Below, piece by piece: positions 23,820 to 37,410 of a DNA stretch of 64,000 nt. The translations under genes were made by a program, and so were the position numbers. Origin of the DNA: Macrostomum lignano. Its lineage: Eukaryota. A model generated the notes under the pieces. The model was not told where the DNA came from. It did not search any database and saw only the letters and a list, made by a program, of their open reading frames with translations. Position 1 is the first letter of the stretch, and each line of letters opens with the position of its first letter. Location: assembly GCA_002269645.1 (NCBI GenBank), contig NIVC01001399.1, forward strand, positions 62,001-126,000, given 5' to 3'.

Positions 23820-24565
23820 AAGACAACAAGAGACAGGGGCACCCACCAAAAGACAGGGGCGCCCACCAAGAGACAGGGGCGCCCACCAAGAGACAGGGGC
23901 ACCCACCAAGAGACAGGGGCACCCACCAAGAGACAGGGGCGCCCACCAAGAGACAGGGGCGCCCACCAAGAGACAGGGGCGCCCACCAAGAGACAGGGGC
24001 ACCCACCAAGAGACAGGGGCACCCACCAAGAGACAGGGGCGCCCACCAAGAGACAGGGGCACCCACCAAGAGACAGGGGCACCCACCAAGAGACAGGGGC
24101 GCCCACCAAGAGACAGGGGCACCCACCAAGAGACAGGGGCACCCACCAAGAGACAGGGGCACCCACCAAGAGACAGGGGCACCCACCAAGAGACAGGCGC
24201 CCACCAAAAGACAGGGGCACCCACCAAGAGACAGGGGCGCCCACCAAGAGACAGGGGCACCCACCAAGAGACAGGGGCACCCACCAAGAGACAGGGGCGC
24301 CCACCAAGAGACAGGGGCGCCCACCAAGAGACAGGGGCACCCACCAAGAGACAGGGGCACCCACCAAGAGACAGGGGCACCCACCAAGAGACAGGGGCAC
24401 CCACCAAGAGACAGGGGCGCCCACCAAGAGACAGGGGCACCCACCAAGAGACAGGGGCACCCACCAAGAGACAGGGGCACCCACCAAGAGACAGGGGCGC
24501 CCACCAAGAGACAGGGGCACCCACCAAGAGACAGGGGCACCCACCAAGAGACAGGGGCGCCCACT
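23820..24565. repeat. 20-bp minisatellite CCCACCAAGAGACAGGGGC(A/G) (about 37 units)
   Basis: Direct reading; accounts for four overlapping ORFs. Confidence 0.97.
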
Positions 24566-25404
24566 TAAAGCTACGCTTCCATACCAAGCAAATTTCTGCG
24601 TAGGCGTCTTTCGCACTACTTACAATAGATCCGAAGAGTAGTGCAAGACCAAACTATCAAAAGTAACTAATCAAGTAATGTAATTGTATACTATGTGTTA
24701 CCAAAAGTTACTATATGTTACGAGTTGTTTTTGGTGGCCATCGCAGATCTAAAAGCACTTGGATCTGTCAGTTTTGGCCATAGACAAGTTCTAGGAATCA
24801 GCGTCATAATAAACTTTTTTCCCACAGATTCTCTATACCTTCAAATGGGGGTCCAACCGGGTAACACACCGAACCTCTCATAAGGCGACTTTTATAACAA
24901 AAGATGGGATTTTAATCAAACAGAACATCGGTCTGTGTGTCCGTCTCTACTGATGAGATTATATAGATACATGTAAATCTCTTTATCATACAAGCTAAAA
25001 GAGAGTAAAAGGAGGAGACACATCAAATAGGCTTTAGTCAATATTTTAATCGAAGATTTAAAATGTTTTAAGTACAAATATTTAATCTTTATCTTAGTCG
25101 CGATCAAAGAAAGGTTATCGAGCATATTCTAATCTGGAAAAGTCATTTTTAATACTTATTTATTTCATTTTCATTTGGTCTAAATTTATTTTTTATTTGT
25201 GCGAAGAAGTGTTCTCCAAATTTCTTTTATGATTGACTATCGCTTCTTACCTGTTCTGCAAGTGACCGTTTTACCATATATATCTAGGTAAAGTCTTGTT
25301 GGTAATGTCTTCATTCAATCTGCTGTTTATTATGCTTGTAGTTAGAGTAGGTTTTTACTTTTTTCGGAGGCTGAGACAAAATGTTGTGCGTTCAGTGACT
25401 TTCG

Positions 25405-25700
25405 TAAGCCAGAGTGTGGGGTGGGTGTCGCTTTGGGCAGGGAGTTGAGAGCCAGAGTGTGGGGTGGGTGTCGCTTTGGGCAGGGAGTTGAGAGCCAGAG
25501 TGTGGGATGGGTGTCGCTTTGGGCAGGGAGTCGAGAGCCAGAGCGTGGGGTGGGTGTCGCTTTGTGCAGGGGGTTGAGAGCCAGAGTGTGGGGTGAGTGT
25601 CGCTTTGTGCAGGGAGTTGAGAGCCAGAGTGTGGGGTGTGTGTCGCTTTGGGCAGGGGGTTGAGAGCCAGAGTGTGGGGTGGGTGTCGCTTTGGGCAGGG
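25405..25700. repeat. 43-bp G-rich minisatellite GAGAGCCAGAGTGTGGGGTGGGTGTCGCTTTGGGCAGGGAGTT (about 7 units)
   Basis: Period 43 measured between 25447 and 25490. Confidence 0.92.
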
Positions 25701-26458
25701 GCTGAGGCGCAGTGTGGGGCAGGTGATACTCGTTATGTCGTTGTGTCGTGTAGGTATCAGTATTATGTATTTGTCAGCTCATGTATTGCAAACGTTTTTC
25801 TGCGTATTATAATTCAATAATCCCGAACTATTATTCAAGCTGCAAATTTTTAGTAAGTTTCAAATGCATCGTATAAATTCCGTTCAGTATAAAATCATTA
25901 TTTTACAGTACAATTTAAACTTTCTGTTTTGTTAACTAATTATCAATTATTTAAATGAATATTGTTCATTTTTCCGTTTTTTTATTTCCATGTGCGAATT
26001 GGATGTAGAAACTAAAGTCCTGGTGTAGTTCTACATAAATATAACAAATAAATAAGAACGCTTAACGCTTATTGTTCGTGTCGTTCTATGCATAACTCCA
26101 AGTGCCGCCATTCGTTTAATTTATTTGAACCAATTATTTTAACAATTAGGTGTGTTTTAGCTACAGCATTTTTTGAAGCAACAGAACTATTAGCGGGTTA
26201 CCATGTATCACAAATCAGTTTTATTTGGTTAGTTTTACAAAATAATTTCTTTATTTATAGTTATGTCTTCTATAAAGGTTACGAAACACTTACGGAAGTT
26301 CCCTGGGACGTGCTTTTCTTAATTTTTTATTTGCCGCGAAAGAAGCTTGAAAACTTCGTTATCATCAACAATTAAAACAAACTTGAATTTAACAAATAGA
26401 TAAATAGAGGACAAAAAACAATATGCGTGTAAATTTAATTTCGTAGAAAAAAAATCTT

Positions 26459-29099
26459 TCAATTTTCGACGTAACCTTCGACGTATTCGGCGTTCAATTT
26501 GTCAAACACCGGCACAGGCGGCACAATGGTGCGGAACCGATCCTGAGTCACGTGACGCTCCGGTTGAACTTCGCGGAAGTGCGCGTTGCCGTAGGCCAGG
26601 TGGCCGTATTCCGAGGCCGTGTGCATCAGCGGTTGATAGGCCTTCTCTCGTAGCGCCTTGGTTGGCTTGAACTCGTCATCGTACAGCCTGCCGGCCCACT
26701 CCTCGGCTCGCCACTGCTCCCTCGCTCGCTTCACCGCCTCGTAGTCGGTGGCCACCCGCAGGCTTGGCTGGAACTCGCGGTAGCGCTGGGCGCGAACCTC
26801 CTCCGGCTGGCGGAACGGGCCCTGCGGCTTGGCGGGGAGCGGCGGCAGCTTCGACGGCAGGCGGACCATCAGCTGGTTCTGGCCGTACTGACGCCAGCTC
26901 GGATCGAACCCGTGACCTACGCTAGCAACTTTCGGCGGCGTCTTCGGTCGGGTGTTCAACAGCAGCGTCTCCTCTGGCAGGGTGAACGGCCTGTAGGGAC
27001 TGTTGAATACAGACGGTTGCACCACCGTGCTGACCAGGTAGTGATGCCGCTCAGCCCAGGCCCGCAGCCGGCGTCGGGTCTCCTCTTCCTCGCGTTTCCG
27101 CGCCTCCCGACGCATCGCCTCCTCCTGTTCCGCCAGTTCGCTTCTGAGGAAAGTGCGAGTGCGGATTGGGGAATTTCTGGTGTGTTGGCTTCTCATCTTG
27201 AGTGGGCTTCAATTCACTTGAAGGAGTGACACTTCATTTGAAGGAGTGACATTTCATTTGAAGGAGTGACATTTCATTTGAAGGAGTGACACTTCATTTT
27301 AAGGAGTGACACTTCACTTTTAGGAGTGACACTTCATTTGAAGGAGTGACACTTCATTTGAAGGAGTGACACTTCATTTGAAGGAGTGACACTTCATTTG
27401 AAGGAGTGACACTTCATTTGAAGGAGTGACATTTCATTTGAAGGAGTGACACTTCATTTGAAGGAGTGACACTTCATTTGAAGGAGTGCCAACATCTCAA
27501 TGCGTTTTAAAGGCGCACAAGGAAGTTCAGGAATAAAAAATCTCATTAATTGTCAAGCCAACAAACCTTATCATCTCGTTTTTGGCAACCAACGACTCCA
27601 GGTACTTCTTCCGGCTATAGTAGTCGAACACGTACTTTCTAACGTAAAAGCCGCGCCACATTTTCTGTATCTGGGCGGCCTGCTTGTTGTAGTGGTCGAG
27701 GCACATTCTCTTGACGGAATCCTGCGGTGCAAGTGTAGAAATTATTTGCAGTATAGATTTCAGTCAGGAATGCTCTTTGAATTAAATGGTCTTTAAATTT
27801 CTGATTTATTAACGATTGAATTATAAAGAATTAACAATTTTAATTCACTACATATTTGTAGAATTGATCGATTGATTGATGATTGATTGATTAATAGATT
27901 GATTGATATACTGATGGATTGACTGATTGATTGATGGATTGACTGATTTATTGATTGATTGATTGACTGATTAATTGACTGATTGATTGATTGATTGACT
28001 GACTGACTGACTTTGATGGACTCATTGTTTGATTGATTCACTGCTTTATTGATTGGCTGGTTTAATTTTTGGCTGATAGATTGATGTACTAATTTGATTT
28101 GTTGACGACTAGTTTAAATTCTGTTTATTGCTTGACTGCTTGGTTCACTCAATCAAGTCTTTTTGATCTAAGAGCTTACAATGAGAATGGCTCTGATGCG
28201 CCGCCTTCCCATGAAGCCGCGGTAGTGCCTCTGAATTCGGATGGCGCATCTGTTCAGATTCTTGACCAGACTGCGGGTTCGGATGCCCCGGTACCAGGAC
28301 TGGATGCGAACGGCTGCATCGTACTCCTCCTTTCTGTGGACTTCGGCTTCACTGCAGTGGCGGACAGGGGATTAAAGCAAATTTTATCTTGATCGAAGTT
28401 GAAAATTTTTGGCAGTATTTTAACTTTTCAAACATTTTTATTGAATTAATATTTCATTTTACAAATCCTAAAAAATGGATTATAAACTTTAAAATAATCA
28501 AATAATTCGTTATAGCTATTTATTATGCAATTTTTGTTTGGTATATACACTAGGATATTTTATTGATTTTCCTGTAACAAACAGACCTTGTATTTTATAG
28601 TTATAATTTTTATACTGGCAATTTTGCTTTAATTATTAATAACATTATTTCTTCTTAATTTGTTTTAAACATGAACAACAAGATTTAAATCTAAACATAT
28701 TTGGATTTTCATGAGCATGTTTTAAGAGCTTTAAAGTTAATTAATAAATTCAATTAGTTTGACTTGTAACTGAATTCTCTTAAAGAAAGGTTCAGTGATG
28801 TCTGTCTGTTACTGTCTGTAAAGTAACTGTCTGTTAAAAAATTAAAATGTCACAAACCAAAAAGTAACATGTTTGTGTCCATTTAAAAAATACCTAGAAG
28901 GAGCTTCGTTTAGTAATGCTGTAATGGCAGTAAAATATTGAATAGCATTAGTAATATATATTTCATTTTTATCAATAAATAATAATTGCAGTAAAACAAG
29001 AAGCAACAAATAGAAAATGCATACTACTCACAGCTGCTGATCGTAGATCTCCTTCACAATGCTGTCAACTTCTTTAAGCAACTTATGTAAAGTTGCCAT
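26459..29099 (-). CDS. SPATA17: Spermatogenesis-associated protein 17 (IQ-motif ciliary/sperm protein); complement(join(26459..27143,27567..27721,28180..28351,29032..29099)), 359 aa
   Basis: Starts MATLHKLL. Three IQ motifs (AAVRIQSWYRG, AIRIQRHYRG, AAQIQKMWRG). HYLVST...VFNSPYR and QGPFR...QRYR.FQPSLRVA...AREQWRAEEW resemble SPATA17 as I recall it. GT-AG introns with phases 2,0,2 are consistent. Confidence 0.9.
27225..27490. repeat. 20-bp minisatellite AAGGAGTGACACTTCATTTG (SPATA17 intron 3)
   Basis: Direct reading; about 13 units. Confidence 0.95.
27865..28075. repeat. (GATT)n/(GACT)n microsatellite (SPATA17 intron 2)
   Basis: Direct reading. Confidence 0.88.
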
Positions 29100-29451
29100 T
29101 ACGTTCGGTATTTACCAGAATAAATACTTGGTTCAATCAATGTAGTCAATAAGTCTATAAATTGTTCGGTTTTAAGATACAACAGAACTAAACCGACTAA
29201 AAACACAAATAAAAAATGAATTTGAATTGCCTCTCTTTTGTCACCTTAGTTACGTGTATACGCTACTTGTGATAAAACTTTTGGCGCGAATTTAAAATGA
29301 TTGTGTTCGTTTTTTAGTCAAGATTTTAGTAAATAGGCTCAGAAGTCATCACAATTTGCCTTCAAAATGTCTTTTTCAGCTTTGACTGAGACAAAGAAAC
29401 CGTTAAACTCGAAGCTTCTTGCACCTTCGTTTCCTAGGAAGAAAGCAGTCG
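29100..29451. promoter_or_regulatory. Putative bidirectional promoter between SPATA17 and the C2orf73-like gene, with RFX X-box-like motifs
   Basis: Only 352 bp separate the divergent ATGs. GTCACCTTAGTTAC (29240-29253) and GTTTCCTAGGAAGA (29429-29442) resemble GTNRCC-N(0-3)-RGYAAC. Confidence 0.6.
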
Positions 29452-31444
29452 ATGGAACCCACCAGTAAGTCGATAATTTTCATAAATTTTATTATCATAA
29501 AAATATTGATGAAAATAAAAAGCAATATCTTATTGAGAAATTCTCATCCCCTAGGCAATAACTATTTCAGTAGCAGTATACTAAACTAATCTAGGTACAT
29601 AAAAAACATAAAATATTTTCAAAAGCTATGAATTTCTGTTAAAGTCTTAGCTTAAAATTGATTAGCTAATGCAAAGCCATGACTACCATTGCAGCCTAGT
29701 TGATGATTTAAAGTTTCTGGCTTACATTTTTATGTTGCGTTTCGTTTCTAAGTTGATACTTTATAATCTGCTTCTTGAATACTTTTTTACAAGGCAAAAA
29801 TCGAGTTTTACCGAGTTATTAAAAAACTGAAAGTTCTTATTTTTATTTAAAAGCTTCTGCATCACCTCCGAACTATAAAAATGATACTCGAATTCGTCAA
29901 AGGCCGAACACCTATCGAGTTCTATTTGAGGACGCTTACTACGCCAGACCGCGCGACTCCCAGCCACTGAAGGAGCACCAGGACCACCTGACTCCCGTCT
30001 ACCCGAAGCCGCCAGCAAACCGGGCGCCCAGGCCGAAACGCGATCTCCGGCACCACAATCCATGTCCTTGGAATGCGTCGCATCTGCGCGAGAACGTGGC
30101 CACCATGCTGGTCCCGGTGTGTCACGTGACTACAGAGGCCACCAAAGACGATCAATACTGCTGGTGGATCAACGACCCGGGCAAGGTCAGCCACAATCGG
30201 CCCAATTACAGCTTCGATTCGACTTCACGAGATGCATTTCGAACTTGGCAGAGTAGCGACGCTGGTCGAGGCGCGAGTTTCAGGCAGAAATTCACGGATG
30301 CAGCGAATGGAATCGGTTGGTGCATCTCAACAGTACAGTGCATTCTTCGAATATTAGAATTGGTGCATGTGTAAATGAACATTTTATTGACGTCGAATAG
30401 CACAAATTAAAAAGATGAATATTTATATCAAATTAAATTTCAGCATATATGAAAGACTCTTAGGCAAGTAGCTCCGCGAGTCAAGTTCAAATAAATTTCA
30501 AAATTGGTCTGAATTAACTGTGTATTGAGTAAATTTTATATAAAAGCTTGACTAATCGACTGATCACCTACACAATTGTACAGATAAGTGAATCTATACA
30601 TATTTCAGACAATATTTAAAGCTCCATGTATTTAATACTTTATTTTATCTTAAGCAATAGCTGCGATATTTGATATTTGTTTTATCATAAAAAACGCCAC
30701 TTGATTATCGACCCTATCGGAACAATTTGTGTCTTTGAGCAAGACACTTAACTCTCTGCATTGCTTCAGTTCACCCAGCTGTAAAATGGGTGCCAGCATT
30801 AGCTGGGGTAATTGAGGGCGTGTGTGACGACCCCCCAGTCCTTGGACTGAACAGCCGTACGCAGCCTTCAGATGCGCCGCGCAATAGCTGCGGCTGAGCT
30901 GTCGGTTGTACATCTGCCTATTGAAGCAGGTGTAATAAAAATGAATGACTAATTGTATCGTAAATCAGAACAATAGGAAACCGTTTGGCTTTGACTTCTT
31001 AAGTCCTGCAGTTTTTGGTTGGGCTAAATTGCATGCAAATTTTGACAAATTACTACAAATAATTTATCCAACAGTTCCAGTTAATCCACTGTGGGAGAAG
31101 TCCGGTCAGAGGCGAGTCTGGTCTGAGAAGATCAGCTACGAGCAGCAGTACAACAGCAGGCATCCGGACATTTATCCGCCCAGGGGTCGGGTGAGTGCCG
31201 GAGTTCGACTCTGCTTAGAATTTACTTGAGCTAATCAAACAGTTAACTTATCAATTTGTAAATCCTATCGATGTATCTGTTGATCATCCGTCTGTCTCTC
31301 AGCCAGCCTAAACTCAGTCTATTAATTAACCAATCAATTTATCAGTCAGTCAGTTTAGTCAATCAGTCAACAAATCATCAATTAGTCAGTCAACCGACCA
31401 ATAAAAAATCAGTTAATCAATCAATAAATCAGTCAGTCAGTCAG

Positions 31445-31479
<35 letters not shown>

Positions 31480-31584
31480 GTCAGTCAGTCAGTCAGTCAG
31501 TCAGTCAGTCAGTCAGTCAGTCAGTCAGTCAGTCAGTCAGTCAGTCAGTCAGTCAGTCAATCAATCAATCAATCAATCAATCAG

Positions 31585-31647
<63 letters not shown>

Positions 31648-31648
31648 G

Positions 31649-31731
<83 letters not shown>

Positions 31732-31732
31732 G

Positions 31733-31763
<31 letters not shown>

Positions 31764-31764
31764 G

Positions 31765-31823
<59 letters not shown>

Positions 31824-32247
31824 GTCAGTCAATAAATCAATCAATCAATCAATCAGTCAATCAATCAGTCAGTCAATCAGCAGTCTCAATCGCAGCCCTT
31901 CTCCGCCCCGACTCCAGCGCCAAGGAGCTCTGGTGTTGAACCGCGTTGCCCCGGACCACCCGGACGCTGCCACGGATTTCCTTGCCAGCCGTGGAATTCC
32001 CCGCGACAAAGCCGAAGCCGACGCGGCCGACGCGGCGATTCGCGCCGAAGCCGAGCTGCGTCATCAGCAGCCTCAGGCGCCGAAAGAGCGCTCCGAGTTG
32101 CCGTTCCGACCACCGAATTTTGTGCCGTACCATCGGCAATTTGTCCGGCCGGACCGAGCGGGCCGGGACACGGTGGCGAGCCTCGTGCAGCCCGAGTTTC
32201 GCTACGCCTGGAATCAGCCGCAGCCGGAGCCGTATTTTACTGCCTGA
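29452..32247 (+). CDS. C2orf73/CIMIP6-like ciliary protein; join(29452..29464,29854..30315,31075..31190,31918..32247), 306 aa
   Basis: Spliced product contains YCWW...PNYSFDSTSRDAF...GIVP...EKISYEQQYNSR...PRGR-RQGALV, resembling recalled C2orf73 motifs (DWW..PPYDSKSTQRSDF..GIVP..EYISFIHQYDAR..GKRHGAFV). GT-AG introns with phases 1,1,0 are consistent. Confidence 0.75.
30710..30885 (-). mobile_element. L2-like 3' tail fragment, second copy
   Basis: Near-identical reverse complement of 11700-11870. Confidence 0.7.
31330..31880. repeat. (CAAT)n/(CAGT)n microsatellite (intron 3 of the C2orf73-like gene)
   Basis: Direct reading. Confidence 0.95.
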
Positions 32248-33189
32248 AAATAAGAAAAAATATATAATTCAATTTCCGTCCTACACTACTTATTTTTATG
32301 GGTTAAGTAGAGTAGTTTGAATATTATTATTAGCTTTATTGTATCAAAATGTTATCATTTTCTGTTAAGCTTCCTCCCGTTTATTCCAAATAAAAAATTG
32401 GTGTTACCGTTTTTATCGCGTCTTTCACGTGGGCACATCAAAAACAAAAGTTATAAATTAGTGGAAAGGTTTAATGTGCATCTATATAGCTTCACACTAC
32501 AAAATACAATAAAGTAGCTCGTAGTAGCATTAAAAAATGAAAGAAACTAATTTTTTGCTTTCGTTAAAGTGCCCAATTAATTTGGTCAAACTGGCAACCT
32601 TCAGAATACGTAACCTGCTTTAAAAAGGCCTCCAATGACAAGATTAGCTAATTAACCTGCACAGCAAACGAATAGCTGAAGCTACCAATTTTATTTTCAA
32701 AATTTGCTCAAAACAGAGATGCCTTCCTCTCGATTGTTGTACTTTTGTTTTACTAAGTACTTAGTTTGATCCATTAGCAAGCGCTTTTCCTGCTCCAATT
32801 TTATTTTGTTTTATTATTGTTTATAAATAAAATGAATAATTTATTAGCAACACTGATTAAGTTTGTTTTGCTTACTTAAAAATAAAATACTTTTTCCACG
32901 AATCCAGAGGCTTCTAGGAAAATTCAAACTTTTCGGCTATGAGCACACAAATAGGTTGAAGCTCCAGTAACACCCAGAAATCATCATTTATTATATTTTT
33001 ACTCTCCTGCTCTGCTCTGCCTTGAGCTTCTCGGTTCCCGCGAGTCACGGAGTGATTGATTTTCTCGCTGATGATGCACCCGCCCGCTCAGAATGGACTC
33101 GGAGTTTGGAGCTTGACATTGAGGAAATACATGACCGATTGGTGCAGCATGTTAGCTTCTCAGCACCCTTTCACACCAGCTCTGCCTGC

Positions 33190-33725
33190 CTGCCACTCTT
33201 CATCTCCTCACTCCCAGTCTCCCTCTCCCTCTCTCTTTCAGATCAATTTCTTCTCGCTCTTCTCCCTCTTGCTCTCCCTCTCTCACTCCATCTCTCCCTC
33301 CCTCTCTCCCTCTCTCCCCCTCTCCATCTCTGCCCCCCTCTAATTCTCTCTCCCTCTCTCCCTCTCTCCCTCTCTTCCTCTCCCTTTCCCTCTCTCCTTC
33401 TCTCCCTTCCTCGCTCTCCATCTGTCTCTCCTTCTCTCCCTCTCTCTCTTTATTCCTCTCTTTCTCTCCCTCCCTCTCTCCCTCTCTCCCTCTCTCCCTC
33501 TCTCCCTCTCTCCCCTCTCCATCTCTCCATCTCTCCCTCCCTCTCTCCCTCTCTCTCTCTCTCCCTCTCTCCTTCTCTCCCTCCCTCTCTCCTTCTCTCC
33601 CTCTCTCCCTCTCCTTCTCTCCTCTCTCTTCTCTCCCTCTCTCCTTCTCTCCCTCCCTCTCTCCCTCTCTCCCTCTCCCTCTCTTACTTTCCCTTTCCCT
33701 CTTCTTTCTCACCCCTTTCTTTCTC
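33190..33725. repeat. CT-rich polypyrimidine repeat (CTCTCC)n-like
   Basis: Direct reading; accounts for ORFs 33022..33858 and 33200..33775. Confidence 0.9.
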
Positions 33726-34079
33726 ATTTCGCCATGCCACGGTCCTCCCCTGTCTGCCCGACTCTTGTTCTCCACCTGTCAGACTAAAAATTATTCTAAG
33801 CCTGAAATCCAATACAAAACAGGCTATTACAAAACAAATGAACAAAAATAACTCATGAAGCCATTAAAATGAGCGCTACTTTTTCAGCCAGCTCGCTATA
33901 GGCAGCTGCGGCACTTCATCATTGAATCCCGAACGAGCAAACTTCGACTTTCTCACCCGTTCCATCTCCTCTGCCTCACTCCAAGTCGGTTTTCTTTGCC
34001 TTTGGAGTTTTTTTTAATTACATGGGGAGTTTCTCCCACGCCCCCATACCACTTTATGTGCGCACATATGTGTAGTGTT

Positions 34080-34110
<31 letters not shown>

Positions 34111-34206
34111 GTCTCAAACTTCCCAGTCACTTTCCTATTTGGTCTCTTATGCAGGAGGATCTGGCGGTCCGATCTAGGCTCTTTCGCTGCCGCCCAGGCT
34201 GACACA

Positions 34207-34247
<41 letters not shown>

Positions 34248-34611
34248 AGCTTCAATTTCTGCATATGCTTTGTCGGCTAAGTCAGAGAGTAGACAGAGGG
34301 AAAGAGAGAGAGATTGAGACAGAGTACTGCTAGATGAGGAAACCCGTCCCGCTCGGTATGGAATTAGCGAGCTGCTGCGGAGCCTTGACTTCGCCTGGAG
34401 TGTTGGCTCCAAACCCCACCCCAACACCACCAAAGCTCCAATCTCTTTTCCGCAATCACTCCATGCATCGTATTTGCAGTGCTAGATGGAGCTGCCCGGC
34501 ATCAAACATTGCACCGGCTGCTCAGAAAGAGGGGCTGCTTTCTCCGAGTCTAACAGCAGATCAATCAGATGGAGGCGGGCTGAAGCTGGAGGAATACGAT
34601 TGAGCTGCCTG

Positions 34612-34621
34612 TCTTATCTAC

Positions 34622-34707
<86 letters not shown>

Positions 34708-34708
34708 G

Positions 34709-34799
<91 letters not shown>

Positions 34800-34824
34800 G
34801 TCTATCTATCTATCTATCTATCTG

Positions 34825-34879
<55 letters not shown>

Positions 34880-35169
34880 GTCTATCGGTTACGAAAATTA
34901 GATTTCTCGGTAGTTGCACGTACTCTTTTGCACTACTTGAGTAGTCTGATTTTCGTTCGGCATGGCTGGTTCCAGCAGGTAGTTCCTCTGGATAAAAGCG
35001 CTTACCGCGCCCATTGGCTTTCCAGCTGCCTTAATCGTTTCCGGTGATCTTGTGTGCGTGCTTTCAGCTTGATTGGCTGCGGCAAGCAAGCTCGAAAGAG
35101 CTCGCTTCGCTCGCTCTTTCTCGCTATCTACTATCTATCTATCTATCTATCTGTCTATCTATCTATCTG

Positions 35170-35200
<31 letters not shown>

Positions 35201-35205
35201 GTCTG

Positions 35206-35245
<40 letters not shown>

Positions 35246-35246
35246 C

Positions 35247-35277
<31 letters not shown>

Positions 35278-35278
35278 C

Positions 35279-35372
<94 letters not shown>

Positions 35373-35377
35373 GTCTG

Positions 35378-35413
<36 letters not shown>

Positions 35414-35414
35414 C

Positions 35415-35464
<50 letters not shown>

Positions 35465-35469
35465 GTCTG

Positions 35470-35505
<36 letters not shown>

Positions 35506-35506
35506 C

Positions 35507-35537
<31 letters not shown>

Positions 35538-35538
35538 C

Positions 35539-35575
<37 letters not shown>
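34612..35575. repeat. Two (TATC)n arrays (34612-34882 and 35125-35575) separated by about 240 bp of unique sequence
   Basis: Direct reading. Confidence 0.95.
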
Positions 35576-36084
35576 CATCAAAACCGACTTCATTGCGCCT
35601 ATCAGACGCACCGGAAAGCATGCAATGCATTCGCAAAGCTACTAATTACTAGAAGCTCCGCAGCGCCATCCATTTGCCTCAACCAGACCCCGATTCGAAC
35701 TGGCCTCAGAGCTTTGAGTCCGGCAGTTGCCCGGGCTATCAATCATCAATCAGCGCTCGCTGTTTTGAAGTGGCCGCACAGGAGAGGCACAGGGTTCAGG
35801 CGGCATGGCGCACCGCTTCGCACAAGAGCACCACTTACTGGCTTTGAGACTTCTTCTTCTTTTCAAGCTGATTCCTCCAGACTTTCTCCTTTCCTAAAAT
35901 GTACCCAGTGCAGTCTGGGGACAGGATTGGCGGATTTGAAAATGTTAATTTCTGCGGAAAGGAAAAAGTTACTATGGAATTTAGCAGCTTTTTTAATATT
36001 GTCGAATAAGCCACTTACAGTATTTTACAGTATTTTACAGTAGACTTTAGGCTGGATTATTATGATCCAATTCTATCATAATTG

Positions 36085-37410
36085 ACTTGTGATTGGCTAG
36101 ATTAGCAATCCATTCTATTCCAATTGATCCGTGATTGATTGGCTAGATTAGCAATCCATTCTATTCCAATTGATTTGTGATTGGCTAGATTAGCAATCCA
36201 TTCTATTCCAATTGATTTGTGATTGATTGGCTAGATTAGCAATCCATTCTATTCCAATTGATTTGTGATTGGCTAGATTAGCAATCCATTCTATTCCAAT
36301 TGATCCGTGATTGATTGGCTAGATTAGCAATCCATTCTATTCCAATTGATTTGTGATTGGCTAGATTAGCAATCCATTCTATTCCAATTGATCCGTGATT
36401 GATTGGCTAGATTAGCAATCCATTCTATTCCAATTGATTTGTGATTGGCTAGATTAGCAATCCATTCTATTCCAATTGATCCGTGATTGATTGGCTAGAT
36501 TAGCAATCCATTCTATTCCAATTGATTTGTGATTGGCTAGATTAGCAATCCATTCTATTCCAATTGATCCGTGATTGATTGGCTAGATTAGCAATCCATT
36601 CTATTCCAATTGATCTGTGATTGGCTAGATTAGCAATCCATTCTATTCCAATTGATTTGTGATTGGCTAGATTAGCAATCCATTCTATTCCAATTGATTT
36701 GTGATTGGCTAGATTAGCAATCCATTCTATTCCAATTGATTTGTGATTGGCTAGATTAACAATCCATTCTATTCCAATTGATCCGTGATTGATTGGCTAG
36801 ATTAGCAATCCATTCTATTCCAATTGATTTGTGATTGGCTAGATTAGCAATCCATTCTATTCCAATTGATTTGTGATTGGCTAGATTAGCAATCCATTCT
36901 ATTCCAATTGATCTGTGATTGGCTAGATTAGCAATCCATTCTATTCCAATTGATTTGTGATTGGCTAGATTAGCAATCCATTCTATTCCAATTGATCCGT
37001 GATTGATTGGCTAGATTAGCAATCCATTCTATTCCAATTGATTTGTGATTGGCTAGATTAGCAATCCATTCTATTCCAATTGATCCGTGATTGATTGGCT
37101 AGATTAGCAATCCCCATTCTATTCCAATTGATCTGTGATTGGCTAGATTAGCAATCCATTCTATTCCAATTGATTTGTGATTGGCTAGATTAGCAATCCA
37201 TTCTATTCCAATTGATTTGTGATTGGCTAGATTAGCAATCCATTCTATTCCAATTGATCTGTGATTGGCTAGATTAGCAATCCATTCTATTCCAATCGAT
37301 CTGTGATTGGCTAGATTAGCAATCCATTCTATTCCAATTGATCTGTGATTGGCTAGATTAGCAATCCATTCTATTCCAATTGATTTGTGATTGGCTAGAT
37401 TAGCAATCCA
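36085..37410. repeat. 42-bp satellite ATTGGCTAGATTAGCAATCCATTCTATTCCAATTGATTTGTG, array 1 (about 30 units, includes 46-bp variants)
   Basis: Direct reading; 42-bp TTTGTG units often alternate with 46-bp CCGTGATTG units. Confidence 0.97.

Noticed and set aside
23725-24616. Four approximately 280-aa ORFs on both strands
   Set aside because: The 20-bp unit cycles through frames without stops; repeat artefact.
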